From NCBI GenBank assembly GCA_965247095.1, contig OZ251997.1, positions 896,001 through 960,000 of the forward strand: a stretch of 64,000 nucleotides of DNA, read 5' to 3'. This document shows positions 39,901-50,518 of this stretch, piece after piece. The position numbers were made by a program, and so were the translations under genes. The stretch's first letter is position 1. Every line of letters begins with the position of its first letter. A model generated the notes under the pieces. It did no database searches and had not been told where the DNA came from. It worked only from the letters and a program-made list of their open reading frames with translations. Source of the DNA: Candidatus Multivorans sp. (lineage in GTDB: Bacteria; Acidobacteriota; Thermoanaerobaculia; Multivoradales; Multivoraceae).

Positions 39901-41321
39901 CGCTGTTTGACTCTCTCGATCGCCAGAAACCGCTCCTTGAGGCGCACCGCCTGCTCAAGGTCGAGCACCAGGTAGATCTCGTTTGGCCGCGGCCCACGCC
40001 GCAGGTAGTCGTAGAGGTAGGCGGGCAGCTTGTCGTGGCGGCCCAGGACGCGCCACAGGCCTTCCTCCGCGAGCTTGCGGGCGCGCTCCGCAAAGGGCGT
40101 CACGACGCGATGCTCGAACGGGCGCAGGTCGTGCATCGCCTCGAGCGCGAGGTAGTTCAGGCGGCGCGTGGTCTCGTCGACCGGGTACGACAGCACCGTG
40201 CCGAAGGGAAGTTCGTCACCGAACCACGGCGGCAGGGACTCGAGCGCTGTGTTGGGCCCCAGCGGGTAGGGCTCCGCCCGTATCGGGTGGTTCGTGTAGA
40301 GCAGCAGCGCGCCCTCCCATCCGCGTTCTTCGAGCGCCTCGATCAGCGCCACCGTCGTGTACTGGTGGTCGGCGTGGTTGTCGAGCAGCGGATTCGGCGC
40401 CGCGATCAGTTCGGGGCCCACCCAGTCGACTTCGCGGCCCAGGTCGGCCACCAGCTCGGGCCAGCTCGACTCGAAGGGCCGGGTGGCCAACTGCGGCTCG
40501 GAGTTGAAGCGGCGGAAATGGCCGGGCTCTTCGAGGTCCGTCAGGATCGGCGGCACGACCGCCGGCCGGCGCTGGTAGAGGGTGCTCAGCGTGCCGTCGA
40601 AGTACCCGAGGTTGCGTGCGCGGCCCATGGGCACGTGGCCGAGGAAGGGCACGGTCAGACTGTCCCAGGTGCGTATCCAGCCCTTGATCCGATAGTGCTC
40701 GCCGGTGTCGGGAAACAGCCCGCCGTAGTTCCTGCCGCCGTAGTCGCCCGCTGTCACCGTGACCACGTCGGCCAGCGTGGTGGCGTAGAGGCCGAAGGCG
40801 GCGATCTCGGCGTCGTCGGGGTGGGGAGCGACCACCAGCACCCGGGTCGAGGTATCGATCGGTCGGTTCGCGAACACGACCAGACTGGCCGATCCTGTGC
40901 GCCAGCCGATCTGCCGGCCGACCATCTCGATCTCGCCGCGGCCGGCCGCGGCTGAGACGTTCAGGTAGCGGCGGCCGGTTGAGCGCGGGGCGAAGGACTG
41001 GGTGAAACTCCGGCCGCCGGAACGGAACTCGATGTGGGGGTCGAGCGACGGCAGCAGCGGCCGAGTCTTGACGTGGAGTTCGAGGAACGCCGTGACCCCG
41101 GCGCCGGGGGCCTCCCGTGGCCAGTCGAAGCCCCTGCGGGTCAGGCGGACGTCGAAGGTCTGGCTGTCGCGTCGTTCCAGGGCGTAGTCGTGCGCCTGCC
41201 GCGGATCGTGCTGGAAGAAGTTCCGGTAGGAGCTGCCGCGGCAGTGACCCCAGAGTCCGACCGCCGCCAGGGCGATCAGAAGGGCGAGCCAGTGCCGGGA
41301 GACCCAGCGCCGGGAACTCAC
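39897..41321 (-). CDS. PIG-L/LmbE family deacetylase with N-terminal membrane anchor
   Basis: VVAPHPDDAEI, LGYFDG, HADH. Confidence 0.85.
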   Translation of the reverse strand: MSSRRWVSRHWLALLIALAAVGLWGHCRGSSYRNFFQHDPRQAHDYALERRDSQTFDVRLTRRGFDWPREAPGAGVTAFLELHVKTRPLLPSLDPHIEFRSGGRSFTQSFAPRSTGRRYLNVSAAAGRGEIEMVGRQIGWRTGSASLVVFANRPIDTSTRVLVVAPHPDDAEIAAFGLYATTLADVVTVTAGDYGGRNYGGLFPDTGEHYRIKGWIRTWDSLTVPFLGHVPMGRARNLGYFDGTLSTLYQRRPAVVPPILTDLEEPGHFRRFNSEPQLATRPFESSWPELVADLGREVDWVGPELIAAPNPLLDNHADHQYTTVALIEALEERGWEGALLLYTNHPIRAEPYPLGPNTALESLPPWFGDELPFGTVLSYPVDETTRRLNYLALEAMHDLRPFEHRVVTPFAERARKLAEEGLWRVLGRHDKLPAYLYDYLRRGPRPNEIYLVLDLEQAVRLKERFLAIERVKQR

Positions 41322-44300
41322 CGCGGACCGGGCGGCGGCGGGCCGACGTACTCGCAGTGGCCTCGCGCGCCGAGCAGCTCTTCGATCTCGCTCTTGACCG
41401 CCTGATCGACCGGCGCACGGCTGCCGTTGGCGCCCGCGGTGACGGTCATGTCGTCGAGTTCGATCCTGAACTCCACTTCGACCCCGCCATTCGGTCTGCC
41501 GTTCGAGCCACGATGACGGTGCCGATCGAGCAGGTCGCGGAGGCGTTCCAGGTCGTCACCCAAGACGTTGCCGCCGGCGCCCGCGGTGCTCGTGCCGTCG
41601 AGGTGGATGCGGAGGCGCCGGGTGAGCTTCGCCTCGGCCTCGGCAATGCCGATCACCTTGCTGACGAGCAGGTTCGGGTCTTCGCGACGCCGGTCGACCC
41701 GGCCGGTGAAGAACAGCACGGCGCCTCGATCCAACGCCGCCTCGTGCTCGGCGTAGGCGTCCGCGAACAGGACGCCTTCGATCCGGTCGCTGCGATCCTC
41801 GAGCTGGACGATCGCCATCTTCTGGCCAGGATTGCGCCCCTTGCGGGTGCGGGTGGTGCGGATCCCGCCGAGCAGTGCGCCCAGGACCACTTCGGTGTCA
41901 GCCGGCAGCGCCTTCAACTGCTCGACATTCACGTTGCCGAACCGCTCGAGGAGCTCCCGGTGATCGTCGAGGGGATGGCTGGTGGCGAAGAAGCCGAGGG
42001 CCTCCTTCTCGTGGGCCAGGAGCTCGGTTGCGCTCCAGGGCGGCACCGACGGCAGGTCCTGTTCGGGCTCGTCCTCTTCGCCAGCGTCGGCCGCGGTGCC
42101 GAACAACAGGCTCGACTGGCCGCTCTCGCGATCCGCCGCGGCCCGCTGACCGGTCTTGATCGCCGGTTCCAGAGCCTGGAGCATGGCCGCGCGCTCGTCC
42201 TTGCCATGGACTCCGTCGAAGGCGCCCGACTTGATCAGGGCGTCGATTGCGGTCCGGTTGACGAGCTGCAGCGGCACCCGCCGGCAGAAGTTCCACAGAC
42301 TGCGGAAGGGGCCGCCCTCGTTCCGCGCTTCGAGGATCGCGTGCACCGCCTTCTCGCCGACGCCCTTGACCGCGGAGAGTCCGAAGCGGATATGCCCGTT
42401 GCCGCTGCGGCGCTCCTCCCCGGGCTCGAACACGACGTGGAATCGGACCCCGGAGCGGTCGATGTCGGGCGTGCCGACCTCGATCCCGGTGCGGCCGTCC
42501 GGGAGCTTCACCCGGGCGCACTCGTCGACGTACTTGACGAGCTTGTCCGTGCTGTCGGCGGTGTAGGTGAGGACCGCGGCCATGTACTGGACCGGGAAGT
42601 AGGTCTTCAGGTAAGCCGTCTGGTAGGCGAGCAGGGTGTAGCCCACGGAGTGGGACTTGTTGAAGCCGTAGCCCGCGAACTCCTCGATCAGGCTGAACAA
42701 CTTCGTGGCCTGGACCTTGCTCAGTCCCTTGTCCTGGGCGCCGGATAGGAAACGTTTCCGTGCGGCATTGATCGTCTTGCGGCTCTTCTTGCTGATCGCC
42801 TTGATCAGCGTGTACGCCTCCCGCAGCGGCACGTCGCCCAGCTCGTGGACGATCTGCATGACCTGTTCCTGGAACACCATGATGCCGTGGGTTTCGGCGG
42901 TGTGGCGGTCCACGATCTCGTGAACCTTCGGCGTCGCCTCGCGACCGTGCTTGCGGTCGCAGTAGGTCCCGATGAGCGCCATCGGGCCCGGGCGGAAGAG
43001 GGCGTTGGCGGCAACCAGGTCCTCGAGCCGGTCGGGCTTCATCTGCAGCAGCAGGTTGCGCATGCCCTCCGACTCGAACTGGAAGGTGCCCGCCGTGTCC
43101 GCGCGGGCGAAGACGTCGAGCACCTTCGGGTCGGCGAGATCGATGTGGTCGAGATCGAGGGGATCCCGGCCTTCGGCGGTGCCGGGAACCGCCTCGACGA
43201 TCGCCTCCGGCGGCAGCGTCTCGCGCACCAGTTGGCGGCAGCGCTCGATGATGGACAGGGTCGTCAGACCGAGGAAGTCCATCTTGAGCAGGCCCATTTT
43301 CTCGACCGTGGGACCGTCCCACTGCGTCACCAGAACGTCCTTCGACCCCTGGGTACGGCTGGTGGCCAGCGGCACCAGGTTCTCGAGCGGCTGGGTCGCG
43401 ATGACGAGCCCGGCGGCGTGGACGCCGCTGTGCCGGGTGATCCCCTCGAGTTCCCGGGCGGTGTCGACCACCTCGCGGACCTGCTCGTCGCCGTCGTAGA
43501 GCCCCTTGAGCTCCTTCTCGCGCTGCAGCGCCTGGTCGATCGTCACCCCGAGTTCGGCGCCGATCAGCTTGCAGATGCGGTCGACCTTGGCGAGCGGCAA
43601 CTGGTGCACCCGTCCCACGTCGCGGATCGCGGCGCGCGCCTTCATCGTGCCGAAGGTGATGATCTGGGCGACGTAGCCGTACTTCTCGCGGACGTACTCC
43701 AGGATCTCGGCACGACCGTCCTGGCAGAGGTCGATGTCGATGTCGGGGTACTCGCTGCGGTCGGGATCGGTGAAGCGCTCGAACAGCAGCCCGTAGAGCA
43801 CCGGGCAGGCGTGCGAGAGGCCGAGGGCGTAGCCGACCATGGTGCCGACGCCCGAGCCGCGCGCGGTAGCCGGGATGCCGCGCTTGCGCGCTTCGTTGAC
43901 GAAGTCCCAGACGATCAGGAAATAGGCGCTGATCTTCTTGTCCGCGAGCACCGAGAGTTCGTGGTCGAGACGCCGCCGATGCGCCTCTTCGACCTTTCCC
44001 CGATAGCGCCAGGTCAGGCCCGCCAGACTGAGTTCACGCAGCGCCTGGTCGCATTCGACCTGGAACCTGGCGAGCTCCTCCTCGTTCGACTGGACCGCCA
44101 GCGGCTCGACGTGGAAGCCGGAGCAGAAGCGCGCGAACCACCTGCTGGTCCCGGGCGCCGGCGCCTCTTCGCCTGCCGGCAGCGGTTCAGGGTCCGTGCG
44201 CTCGACCCGCACCAGGGGAGCGTGGTTGGCGGAGAAGTCGAGTTCGACGTTGCAGCGGTCGGCGATCCGGCGGGTGTTCGCCATGGCCTCCGCGGTCTCC

Positions 44301-45130
44301 GGGTCGGCGAAGAGCGCGGCCATCTGCTCCGGGCTCTTGACGTAGAGTTCCTTCGGGTAGTGGAGCCGGTCCTCGTCCTGCTTGTTCTTGCCGGTCGAGA
44401 CGCAGATCAGCGTGTCGTGGCTATCCCAGTCCTCGGCGGTCAGGAAGTGGGAGTCGTTGTCGCATACCAGGGGCAGGTCGAGCTCCCCGGCAAGGCGCAG
44501 GATCTGTTCGTTGACCTTGTCCTGCTCCGGTGTGTCGTGCCGCTGCAGTTCCAGGTAGAAACAGGGCTCGCCGTGCTCGTCACAGGCAAAGGTCTGCCGG
44601 TGCCACTCAGCTTCCTCGCGGGCGCGCTCCCAGTGGCTGTCGGCGCCGGTCTCGATGTGCCGCCTCAGGTGGTAGGCGAGGGAGGAGCCGAGGTGCCCGT
44701 TGATCGCGATCAGCCCTTCGTTCCACTGCCGGAGGGTCTCCTTGTCCATCCGCGGCTTGTAGTAGAAGCCCTCGAGGAAACTGTCCGACGAGAGTTTGAC
44801 CAGGTTGCGCCATCCCGTCTCGTTGCGGGCCAGCAGGACCAGGTGAAATCCGCCGTCGGCGACGCCCTGACTCTCCTTGTAACGGCGGTCGGACGTCTCT
44901 GTCTTGATGTCCGGCGCGACGTAGGCCTCGATGCCGAGGATCGGCTTGATGTCCCTCTTCCGGCATGCCTGGTAGAAGGCCACCGCGCCGAACAGGTTGC
45001 CGTGGTCGGTGAGCGCGACCGCGTCCATGCCGAGCCGCGCGATGCGGTCGACCAGGGGCGCCATCCGATTGCCCCCGTCGAGCAGCGAGTACTCGGAGTG
45101 GAGGTGGAGGTGGACGAAGTCCGGGGCCAT
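41318..45130 (-). CDS. dnaE: DNA polymerase III alpha subunit
   Basis: FVHLHLHSEYSLLDG, TDHGN, RGSG, PDIDID, KMDFLGL, YGFNKSH. Confidence 0.97.
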   Translation of the reverse strand: MAPDFVHLHLHSEYSLLDGGNRMAPLVDRIARLGMDAVALTDHGNLFGAVAFYQACRKRDIKPILGIEAYVAPDIKTETSDRRYKESQGVADGGFHLVLLARNETGWRNLVKLSSDSFLEGFYYKPRMDKETLRQWNEGLIAINGHLGSSLAYHLRRHIETGADSHWERAREEAEWHRQTFACDEHGEPCFYLELQRHDTPEQDKVNEQILRLAGELDLPLVCDNDSHFLTAEDWDSHDTLICVSTGKNKQDEDRLHYPKELYVKSPEQMAALFADPETAEAMANTRRIADRCNVELDFSANHAPLVRVERTDPEPLPAGEEAPAPGTSRWFARFCSGFHVEPLAVQSNEEELARFQVECDQALRELSLAGLTWRYRGKVEEAHRRRLDHELSVLADKKISAYFLIVWDFVNEARKRGIPATARGSGVGTMVGYALGLSHACPVLYGLLFERFTDPDRSEYPDIDIDLCQDGRAEILEYVREKYGYVAQIITFGTMKARAAIRDVGRVHQLPLAKVDRICKLIGAELGVTIDQALQREKELKGLYDGDEQVREVVDTARELEGITRHSGVHAAGLVIATQPLENLVPLATSRTQGSKDVLVTQWDGPTVEKMGLLKMDFLGLTTLSIIERCRQLVRETLPPEAIVEAVPGTAEGRDPLDLDHIDLADPKVLDVFARADTAGTFQFESEGMRNLLLQMKPDRLEDLVAANALFRPGPMALIGTYCDRKHGREATPKVHEIVDRHTAETHGIMVFQEQVMQIVHELGDVPLREAYTLIKAISKKSRKTINAARKRFLSGAQDKGLSKVQATKLFSLIEEFAGYGFNKSHSVGYTLLAYQTAYLKTYFPVQYMAAVLTYTADSTDKLVKYVDECARVKLPDGRTGIEVGTPDIDRSGVRFHVVFEPGEERRSGNGHIRFGLSAVKGVGEKAVHAILEARNEGGPFRSLWNFCRRVPLQLVNRTAIDALIKSGAFDGVHGKDERAAMLQALEPAIKTGQRAAADRESGQSSLLFGTAADAGEEDEPEQDLPSVPPWSATELLAHEKEALGFFATSHPLDDHRELLERFGNVNVEQLKALPADTEVVLGALLGGIRTTRTRKGRNPGQKMAIVQLEDRSDRIEGVLFADAYAEHEAALDRGAVLFFTGRVDRRREDPNLLVSKVIGIAEAEAKLTRRLRIHLDGTSTAGAGGNVLGDDLERLRDLLDRHRHRGSNGRPNGGVEVEFRIELDDMTVTAGANGSRAPVDQAVKSEIEELLGARGHCEYVGPPPPGPR

Positions 45131-45268
45131 GCTCGGTAGGAAGAGTCTACGCCGCGGGCGAGAAGCCGGGACCGTGCCGCGCCGCTGTGACGGCGCTAGC
45201 TTCTCACCGCCGAGGCGCCGGCGCAAGCCTCGGAATCGGGCTTTCACCCGTCCTTTTCGTCTAAGTCA

Positions 45269-47497
45269 GTGTGGCCGCGGCCCCAAAGGTCAGCCAAGAG
45301 GACCCCGGCGCTGGTCCAGGCGCCGCTCCTGCCCCTGGCCGCAGTGCTCGTGGTCGCGCTCGTTGCTGATGGGCGCGGCCGCGAGCAGCTCGGCGTCCTT
45401 GACCCTGCCCGGCCGGTCACTGCCGAAGTCGCTGTTCCCGCGCTTGGGGCAGCGGCGTGGCAGCGCGCCGACGACGGCTGGGCAGCGCGGGTCCGGGTCA
45501 TGGCGGTCGAGCAGGCGGGGCGCCAGGTCGGAGGTCCGGATCGAGCCTGGCTTCGGCTGCGCGGTGGTACGCCGCCGCCGCCGGAGCGGCAACTCCGGGT
45601 GCGCGGATACTTCAGCCGTCGCCAGTCCTACCTGAATCTGGATGTTTCCAGACCGGGAGACTGGGGGCTGACCGTGAAGAGCCGGCTGCTGCTGACCGGC
45701 ACGGGTGAGGCGCCGGGTCGCCTTCAGCAGGCGGCGCCGCAATTGCGGCATCGGCTCCTCGACGCGGTGAGGTCGACCGACCGGCCGGGCGCCATCCTCG
45801 CCCAGGCGCTGGTGTTCGGAGATTCGCGCCGCGTGCCGCCGGATTGGAAGACCGGACTGCGTCGCACCGGTCTGTCCCATCTGCTCGCGGTGTCGGGTCT
45901 CCACGTGGGATTGATCCTGGGGGGCTTCTGGTGGCTGTTCAGCGGCATCTCGAATCGGCTGACCGCATTGGGCGGCGTCGCGGTCCTCCTGCTGTACGGC
46001 TGCCTCGTCGGTCCGCGGCCGTCGCTGCTGCGAGCGGCGGTCATGGCATTGCTCGTCATCCTCGCGCTGGTCCTCGAACGGCCTCCGCAGGCGCTGAACT
46101 CGCTCTGCGCCGCGCTGATCGTGATCCTGTTCTTCGACCCGGCGGCGGCCTTCGATCTCGGCTTCCAGCTCAGTTTCCTGGCCACCGCGGGGATTCTGCT
46201 GCTGGCGCCACGGCTGCTCAAGTCGTGGCGGCGACGCGGAGTCGCGGGGCCGGCTGGGCATGTCGCCGTCGCCCTGGCGGTGACCGTCGCCGCCCAGCTC
46301 GCCACCTTGCCGGTCACGGCGGTCCGGATCGGCGTGCTGACGCCGCTGGCGCCGGCGCTCAACCTCGTGTTCGTGCCCTGGACGGCGTTGGCGCTGGGGG
46401 TTTCCCTGCTCTGGGTCGCCGTGGCGGCCGCCGCCTCCATGCCCCTGGTGTCGACGGTCGCCGAGCCCGCCGCGGCCGTGCTCCTGGGGATTCTCGACGC
46501 TCTGAGCCTGCCCTTCGCGTGGCTCGCGGAACTGCCTCCGGGCGCCTGGCTGGCAGTGCCGGTGAGTGTCGAATTCGGCGCCGCGGTGACGCTGGCGATC
46601 TGGCTCGGGATCCTCCTGTCCGGATTCCGGCGGGCCGCCTACGGGCTGTCGCTGGTTCTTGTGTGCACGCCGACGCCGGGCGCCCCTGAGCCGAGTCTGG
46701 CGATGCTGGACGTGGGCCAGGGGGAGGCGCTGCTGCTGCGGAGCGGCGATCGCGGCCCGGTGATTCTGGTCGACGGCGGAGGGTTCCGTCAGGGCAACTT
46801 CGCGGAGGTGGCGCTGCTTCGGGCCCTGGCCGCGGAAGGGGTTCGTCGGATCGACCTGGCGGTCCTGTCGCATGGGGACGCGGACCATTGCCAGGGTCTG
46901 CTCGAACTCGCCCGGTATCTGTGGGTTGAGCGTCTGTGGGCGGCGCGGGTGGAAGTCCAGGACGGCTGCGGCCGGGAGCTGGCCGAGCAGCTCCAGGGAC
47001 GCGTGGAGCTGGTCGAGCGCGGCCACGCGGAGGCAGTCGGCGTCTGGCGGCTCGAGGTCCACCACCCGGGACCGGAACCGGTCGCTGACGGCAACTCCGC
47101 CTCTCTGGTGGTCCGCGCCTGTGCCGACGGCTCGTGCGTCTTGCTCACCGGCGACCTCGATCTGTCTGGCGAGAGGGAGCTCCTGGCCTGGACCCGAAGC
47201 CGGGGAAGGTCCCTTCGAAGCGACGTGCTCAAGGTCGCTCATCACGGCAGCCGCACTTCGAGCGGTGCGGAGTTCCTCGACGCCGTGCAGCCGCGGCTGG
47301 CGCTGATGTCGGCCGGCCGACGCAACTCGTACGGCCACCCCTCGCCTGAAGTGGTCGAGCGAATCGAAGGTCGGGAGGCCCGTGTCCTGCGCACGGATCG
47401 TCACGGGCGGATCGAGATCCGCTTCCGGGGCCACGGCTCGGGTCCTCGGCGGCCCGTGTACGAGGTCGCGGCGTGGCCGCGCAGGGGCGTCGACTAG
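45269..47497 (+). CDS. comEC: ComEC/Rec2 DNA uptake competence protein; start uncertain
   Basis: HLLAVSGLHV, GFQLSFLAT, LDVGQGEA, SHGDADH, KVAHHGS, NSYGHP. Confidence 0.92.
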   Translation: MWPRPQRSAKRTPALVQAPLLPLAAVLVVALVADGRGREQLGVLDPARPVTAEVAVPALGAAAWQRADDGWAARVRVMAVEQAGRQVGGPDRAWLRLRGGTPPPPERQLRVRGYFSRRQSYLNLDVSRPGDWGLTVKSRLLLTGTGEAPGRLQQAAPQLRHRLLDAVRSTDRPGAILAQALVFGDSRRVPPDWKTGLRRTGLSHLLAVSGLHVGLILGGFWWLFSGISNRLTALGGVAVLLLYGCLVGPRPSLLRAAVMALLVILALVLERPPQALNSLCAALIVILFFDPAAAFDLGFQLSFLATAGILLLAPRLLKSWRRRGVAGPAGHVAVALAVTVAAQLATLPVTAVRIGVLTPLAPALNLVFVPWTALALGVSLLWVAVAAAASMPLVSTVAEPAAAVLLGILDALSLPFAWLAELPPGAWLAVPVSVEFGAAVTLAIWLGILLSGFRRAAYGLSLVLVCTPTPGAPEPSLAMLDVGQGEALLLRSGDRGPVILVDGGGFRQGNFAEVALLRALAAEGVRRIDLAVLSHGDADHCQGLLELARYLWVERLWAARVEVQDGCGRELAEQLQGRVELVERGHAEAVGVWRLEVHHPGPEPVADGNSASLVVRACADGSCVLLTGDLDLSGERELLAWTRSRGRSLRSDVLKVAHHGSRTSSGAEFLDAVQPRLALMSAGRRNSYGHPSPEVVERIEGREARVLRTDRHGRIEIRFRGHGSGPRRPVYEVAAWPRRGVD

Positions 47498-47523
47498 GGC
47501 CAAGGCGCGGCTATCCTGCGGCC

Positions 47524-48516
47524 ATGCCGGAACTCCCGTGGCAGGTCATCGCGGTCCTCGGCCCGACGTCGACCGGCAAGAGCACGTTCGCGATGCAGCT
47601 TGCCGAGGATCTCGGGGGGAAGGGCTTCGAGACCGAGTTGATCAGCGCCGACGCGTTGCAGGCGTATCGCGGCTTCGACATCGGCACCGCCAAGCCGGGG
47701 CCGCGAGCGCGGACCCGGGTGCGGCATCACCTGGTCGATGTGCTCGAACCGCATCAGGTCTTCTCGGCGGGAGAGTTCGCGCGCCGGGCGCGCGCCGCGG
47801 TGGAGGAGATCGAGGGGCGGGGCCGTCTCCCGATCCTGGTGGGCGGCGGCGGCTTCTACCTTCGTGCGCTGTTCGAGGGCCTGGCGCCGGTGCCGCCGGT
47901 TCCGCCCGAGGTGCGGGCCGGCTTGCGGAGCGAGCTGCGATCCAGAGGCCTCGAGGTGCTGCTTGAGGAGCTGCGGGTCGTCGACCCGCAGAGTGCGGCG
48001 GCGCTTTCGGGCGGCGACACGCAGCGCATTCTGAGGGCGCTGGAGGTGGTTCGTTTCACCGGCCGCACCCTCCCGAGCTGGCATCGCAGGGGCTCGGACC
48101 TGGCGCTCGACAGGCGAGTGCTCAAGCTCGGTTTGACCCTGCCGAGAGCCCTTCTGTACGATGCCATCGAGGCGCGGGCCAGACGCATGCTGGAGCGTGG
48201 CTGGCTGGCCGAAGTGAGGCGCCTGCGGAAACGCGCGGGCGTTTCGGGCGGGCGGTCCTGGGTTGAGTTGCCGGCGTGTCAGGCCATCGGCTACCGGCAG
48301 TTCGCCGATCATCTGGATGGGAAGTTGACGCTGGAGCAGGCCTTGGAGGAGACGATCCGCGCCACGCGCCGTTACGCCAAACGGCAGGAGACATGGTTCC
48401 GCCGCGAGACGGATGTGCGGTGGATCGACGCCTCGGGCAGGGAATGTGTGGAGCGGGCACTGCAGGGGATCGTCGAGGCCGTAGCCGGAATCCGAGCGGA
48501 CGGGGTGACGGAGTGA
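47524..48516 (+). CDS. miaA: tRNA dimethylallyltransferase
   Basis: GPTSTGKS, SADALQAYRGFDIGTAKP, TRRYAKRQETWF. Confidence 0.96.
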   Translation: MPELPWQVIAVLGPTSTGKSTFAMQLAEDLGGKGFETELISADALQAYRGFDIGTAKPGPRARTRVRHHLVDVLEPHQVFSAGEFARRARAAVEEIEGRGRLPILVGGGGFYLRALFEGLAPVPPVPPEVRAGLRSELRSRGLEVLLEELRVVDPQSAAALSGGDTQRILRALEVVRFTGRTLPSWHRRGSDLALDRRVLKLGLTLPRALLYDAIEARARRMLERGWLAEVRRLRKRAGVSGGRSWVELPACQAIGYRQFADHLDGKLTLEQALEETIRATRRYAKRQETWFRRETDVRWIDASGRECVERALQGIVEAVAGIRADGVTE

Positions 48517-49844
48517 AGACGCCGCGGCCCGCAGCGACCGTTCTGGCCGTCCTTCTTGCTGCCTGCGCCGGTTCAACGTCGAGGCCGGAGCCGCCGCAGC
48601 CGGAGGCCTCGTTCGACTATCGGGGCGGCCCGATCCTCCGTCCACCGCTCGAAGGCTTCAAGGAGAACATCCCCGAGCAGAGCCGCTACGAACTGGCCTC
48701 CGCGTGGGAGGCGCTCAACCGAGGCGAGTTCGAAACGGCGCGGAGCGGTGCGGAGACGCTGCTCGGAATCGATCCGACACTGCTGCCGGCCACCGTAGTG
48801 CTGGCTCAGGCCTATCTTGCTGCCGGGGATCCGGAGCGGGCGTTCGAACTCCTCGCTGAGCCGTTGGCCGGCTGGCCCGAATACACCGCCGGCCAGCTCG
48901 TCTACGCGCGGGCGGCGGAACTCACCGGCGATGCCGTTGCCGCCTACGGCGCCTACCGCGGCATAGCGGGCCTCGATCAGGAGGCGGCCGCCCGGGCCGC
49001 GGCCCTTCGCGCCCGGGCGACAGCGGAACTCGGCGCACGGACCGGGGGTGCCCTTGACGCGGGCCGGTTGGCGGAAGCCGGCGCGGCGCTCGCAACGCTG
49101 CGGACGTGGGCGCCCGACGCCGCGGCGACGGTCGATCTGCGGCGGCGTCTGGCGCGCGCCCGCGGCGACGTGGAGGAGGAGTTGGAGGCGACGCGGGTAC
49201 TGATCGCCGGCGGCGAGGCGTCGCTGGACCTGCTGCAACGGCAGGCCGCGCTCGAGGTCGAGAGCGGTGACGCCCGCGCCGGCCTCGATCTCTACGAGCG
49301 GCTCGCGGAACGCCATCCGGACAACGTGGAGATCGCGGCGGCTCTGGCAGTCGCTCGATTCACCTGGCGCACGAAGCTGCTGCCGGACAGAGTGGCGCGG
49401 CTGCTCGACGCTTCGAGCCTGTTGAGGGGTGACTTCGCGGCGCTGACGTACTGGCTCGTTGCGGGCGTACGGACCGGTTCCGCCGGCGATACGGTGATTG
49501 TCAGCGACATCGTGGAGCATCCCCAGCGCCGGGAGATCGCCCGGGTCCTGAACCTGGGGCTGATGGCGCCGGTCGATGCGGCGGTGCGCCGGTTCGCTCC
49601 CAATGAATACATGCGCCGGGGCCCGGCGCTGGCCACCCTGCTTCGCATGCCGGGGCGCATCGGCAGCGGCGCCGCCTGTGTCGGGGATGGCGGCGGTCCG
49701 GCGGCCGACGACACGGACGCCGTGTGCGAGGCGGCTCATCGTTGTCGCCTGATCTCCGAGCCCGCGGAATGCCGGCCCCAGGCGGCGATCTCGGGGGCCG
49801 AGGCCATCGAGGCGCTGCGCCGCACCCTCCATCTGATCCAGTAG
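48513..49844 (+). CDS. TPR lipoprotein with SLH-like C-terminal segment
   Basis: Lipobox LLAAC, TPR-like helices, SDIVEHP..LGLM..FAPNEYMRRG. Confidence 0.7.
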   Translation: MKTPRPAATVLAVLLAACAGSTSRPEPPQPEASFDYRGGPILRPPLEGFKENIPEQSRYELASAWEALNRGEFETARSGAETLLGIDPTLLPATVVLAQAYLAAGDPERAFELLAEPLAGWPEYTAGQLVYARAAELTGDAVAAYGAYRGIAGLDQEAAARAAALRARATAELGARTGGALDAGRLAEAGAALATLRTWAPDAAATVDLRRRLARARGDVEEELEATRVLIAGGEASLDLLQRQAALEVESGDARAGLDLYERLAERHPDNVEIAAALAVARFTWRTKLLPDRVARLLDASSLLRGDFAALTYWLVAGVRTGSAGDTVIVSDIVEHPQRREIARVLNLGLMAPVDAAVRRFAPNEYMRRGPALATLLRMPGRIGSGAACVGDGGGPAADDTDAVCEAAHRCRLISEPAECRPQAAISGAEAIEALRRTLHLIQ

Positions 49845-49894
49845 ACCGCGCCGCCGGCAGCTACCAGCGATCCAAACCAGCCGGAGACCGTTTC

Positions 49895-50518
49895 ATGACC
49901 TCATCCCGTCCCGCCGCGATGCCCGCTCTCGACCGGGAGCGCGCCGTTGTTGTCGTGATCGACATGCAGGGCCGGCTCGTCGACCTGATGCACCGACCCC
50001 GGATGATCATCGACGGCACGGCCCGGCTGCTGCGGCTGGCGCAGATGTTCGACCTGCCGGTGATCGTGACCGAGCAGTACCCGCGGGGGCTGGGTTCGAC
50101 CCGCGAGGAACTGGCGGCGGTGATCGAGGAAACGGATCCGGACGGCAGCCGCACACGCAGGGTGGAGAAGGAGTCCTTCGGCTGCTGTGGCGAACCGGGG
50201 TTCGAGGAGGCCCTGGCGGCAGCGAGACCGGGTCTCGCTCCGGCGGATCAGCAGGTTGTCGTGGCCGGGATCGAGGCCCACATCTGCGTCGTGCAGACAG
50301 TGCTCGATCTCGTCTCGCGCGGTACGGACGTCCATGTGTGCTGGGACTGCGTGAGCTCGCGGGGCGAGGAGTACCGGCGCCACGCGCTCGAGCGGATGGG
50401 CGCGGCCGGCGCCCAGATCACAAACCACGAATCGGTTGCCTTCGAACTTGCACGCGACAAGAACCATCCCCAGTTCAAGGGCGTCAACCGGTTGCTCCGT
50501 GAGGGCCAGATCGCTTGA
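49895..50518 (+). CDS. Isochorismatase family hydrolase
   Basis: VIDMQ, TEQYPRGLG, GIEAHICVVQT. Confidence 0.92.
   Translation: MTSSRPAAMPALDRERAVVVVIDMQGRLVDLMHRPRMIIDGTARLLRLAQMFDLPVIVTEQYPRGLGSTREELAAVIEETDPDGSRTRRVEKESFGCCGEPGFEEALAAARPGLAPADQQVVVAGIEAHICVVQTVLDLVSRGTDVHVCWDCVSSRGEEYRRHALERMGAAGAQITNHESVAFELARDKNHPQFKGVNRLLREGQIA

Noticed and set aside
44040-44220. Intein in dnaE
   Set aside because: The insert is short and lacks C/S N-terminal and HN C-terminal splice motifs.
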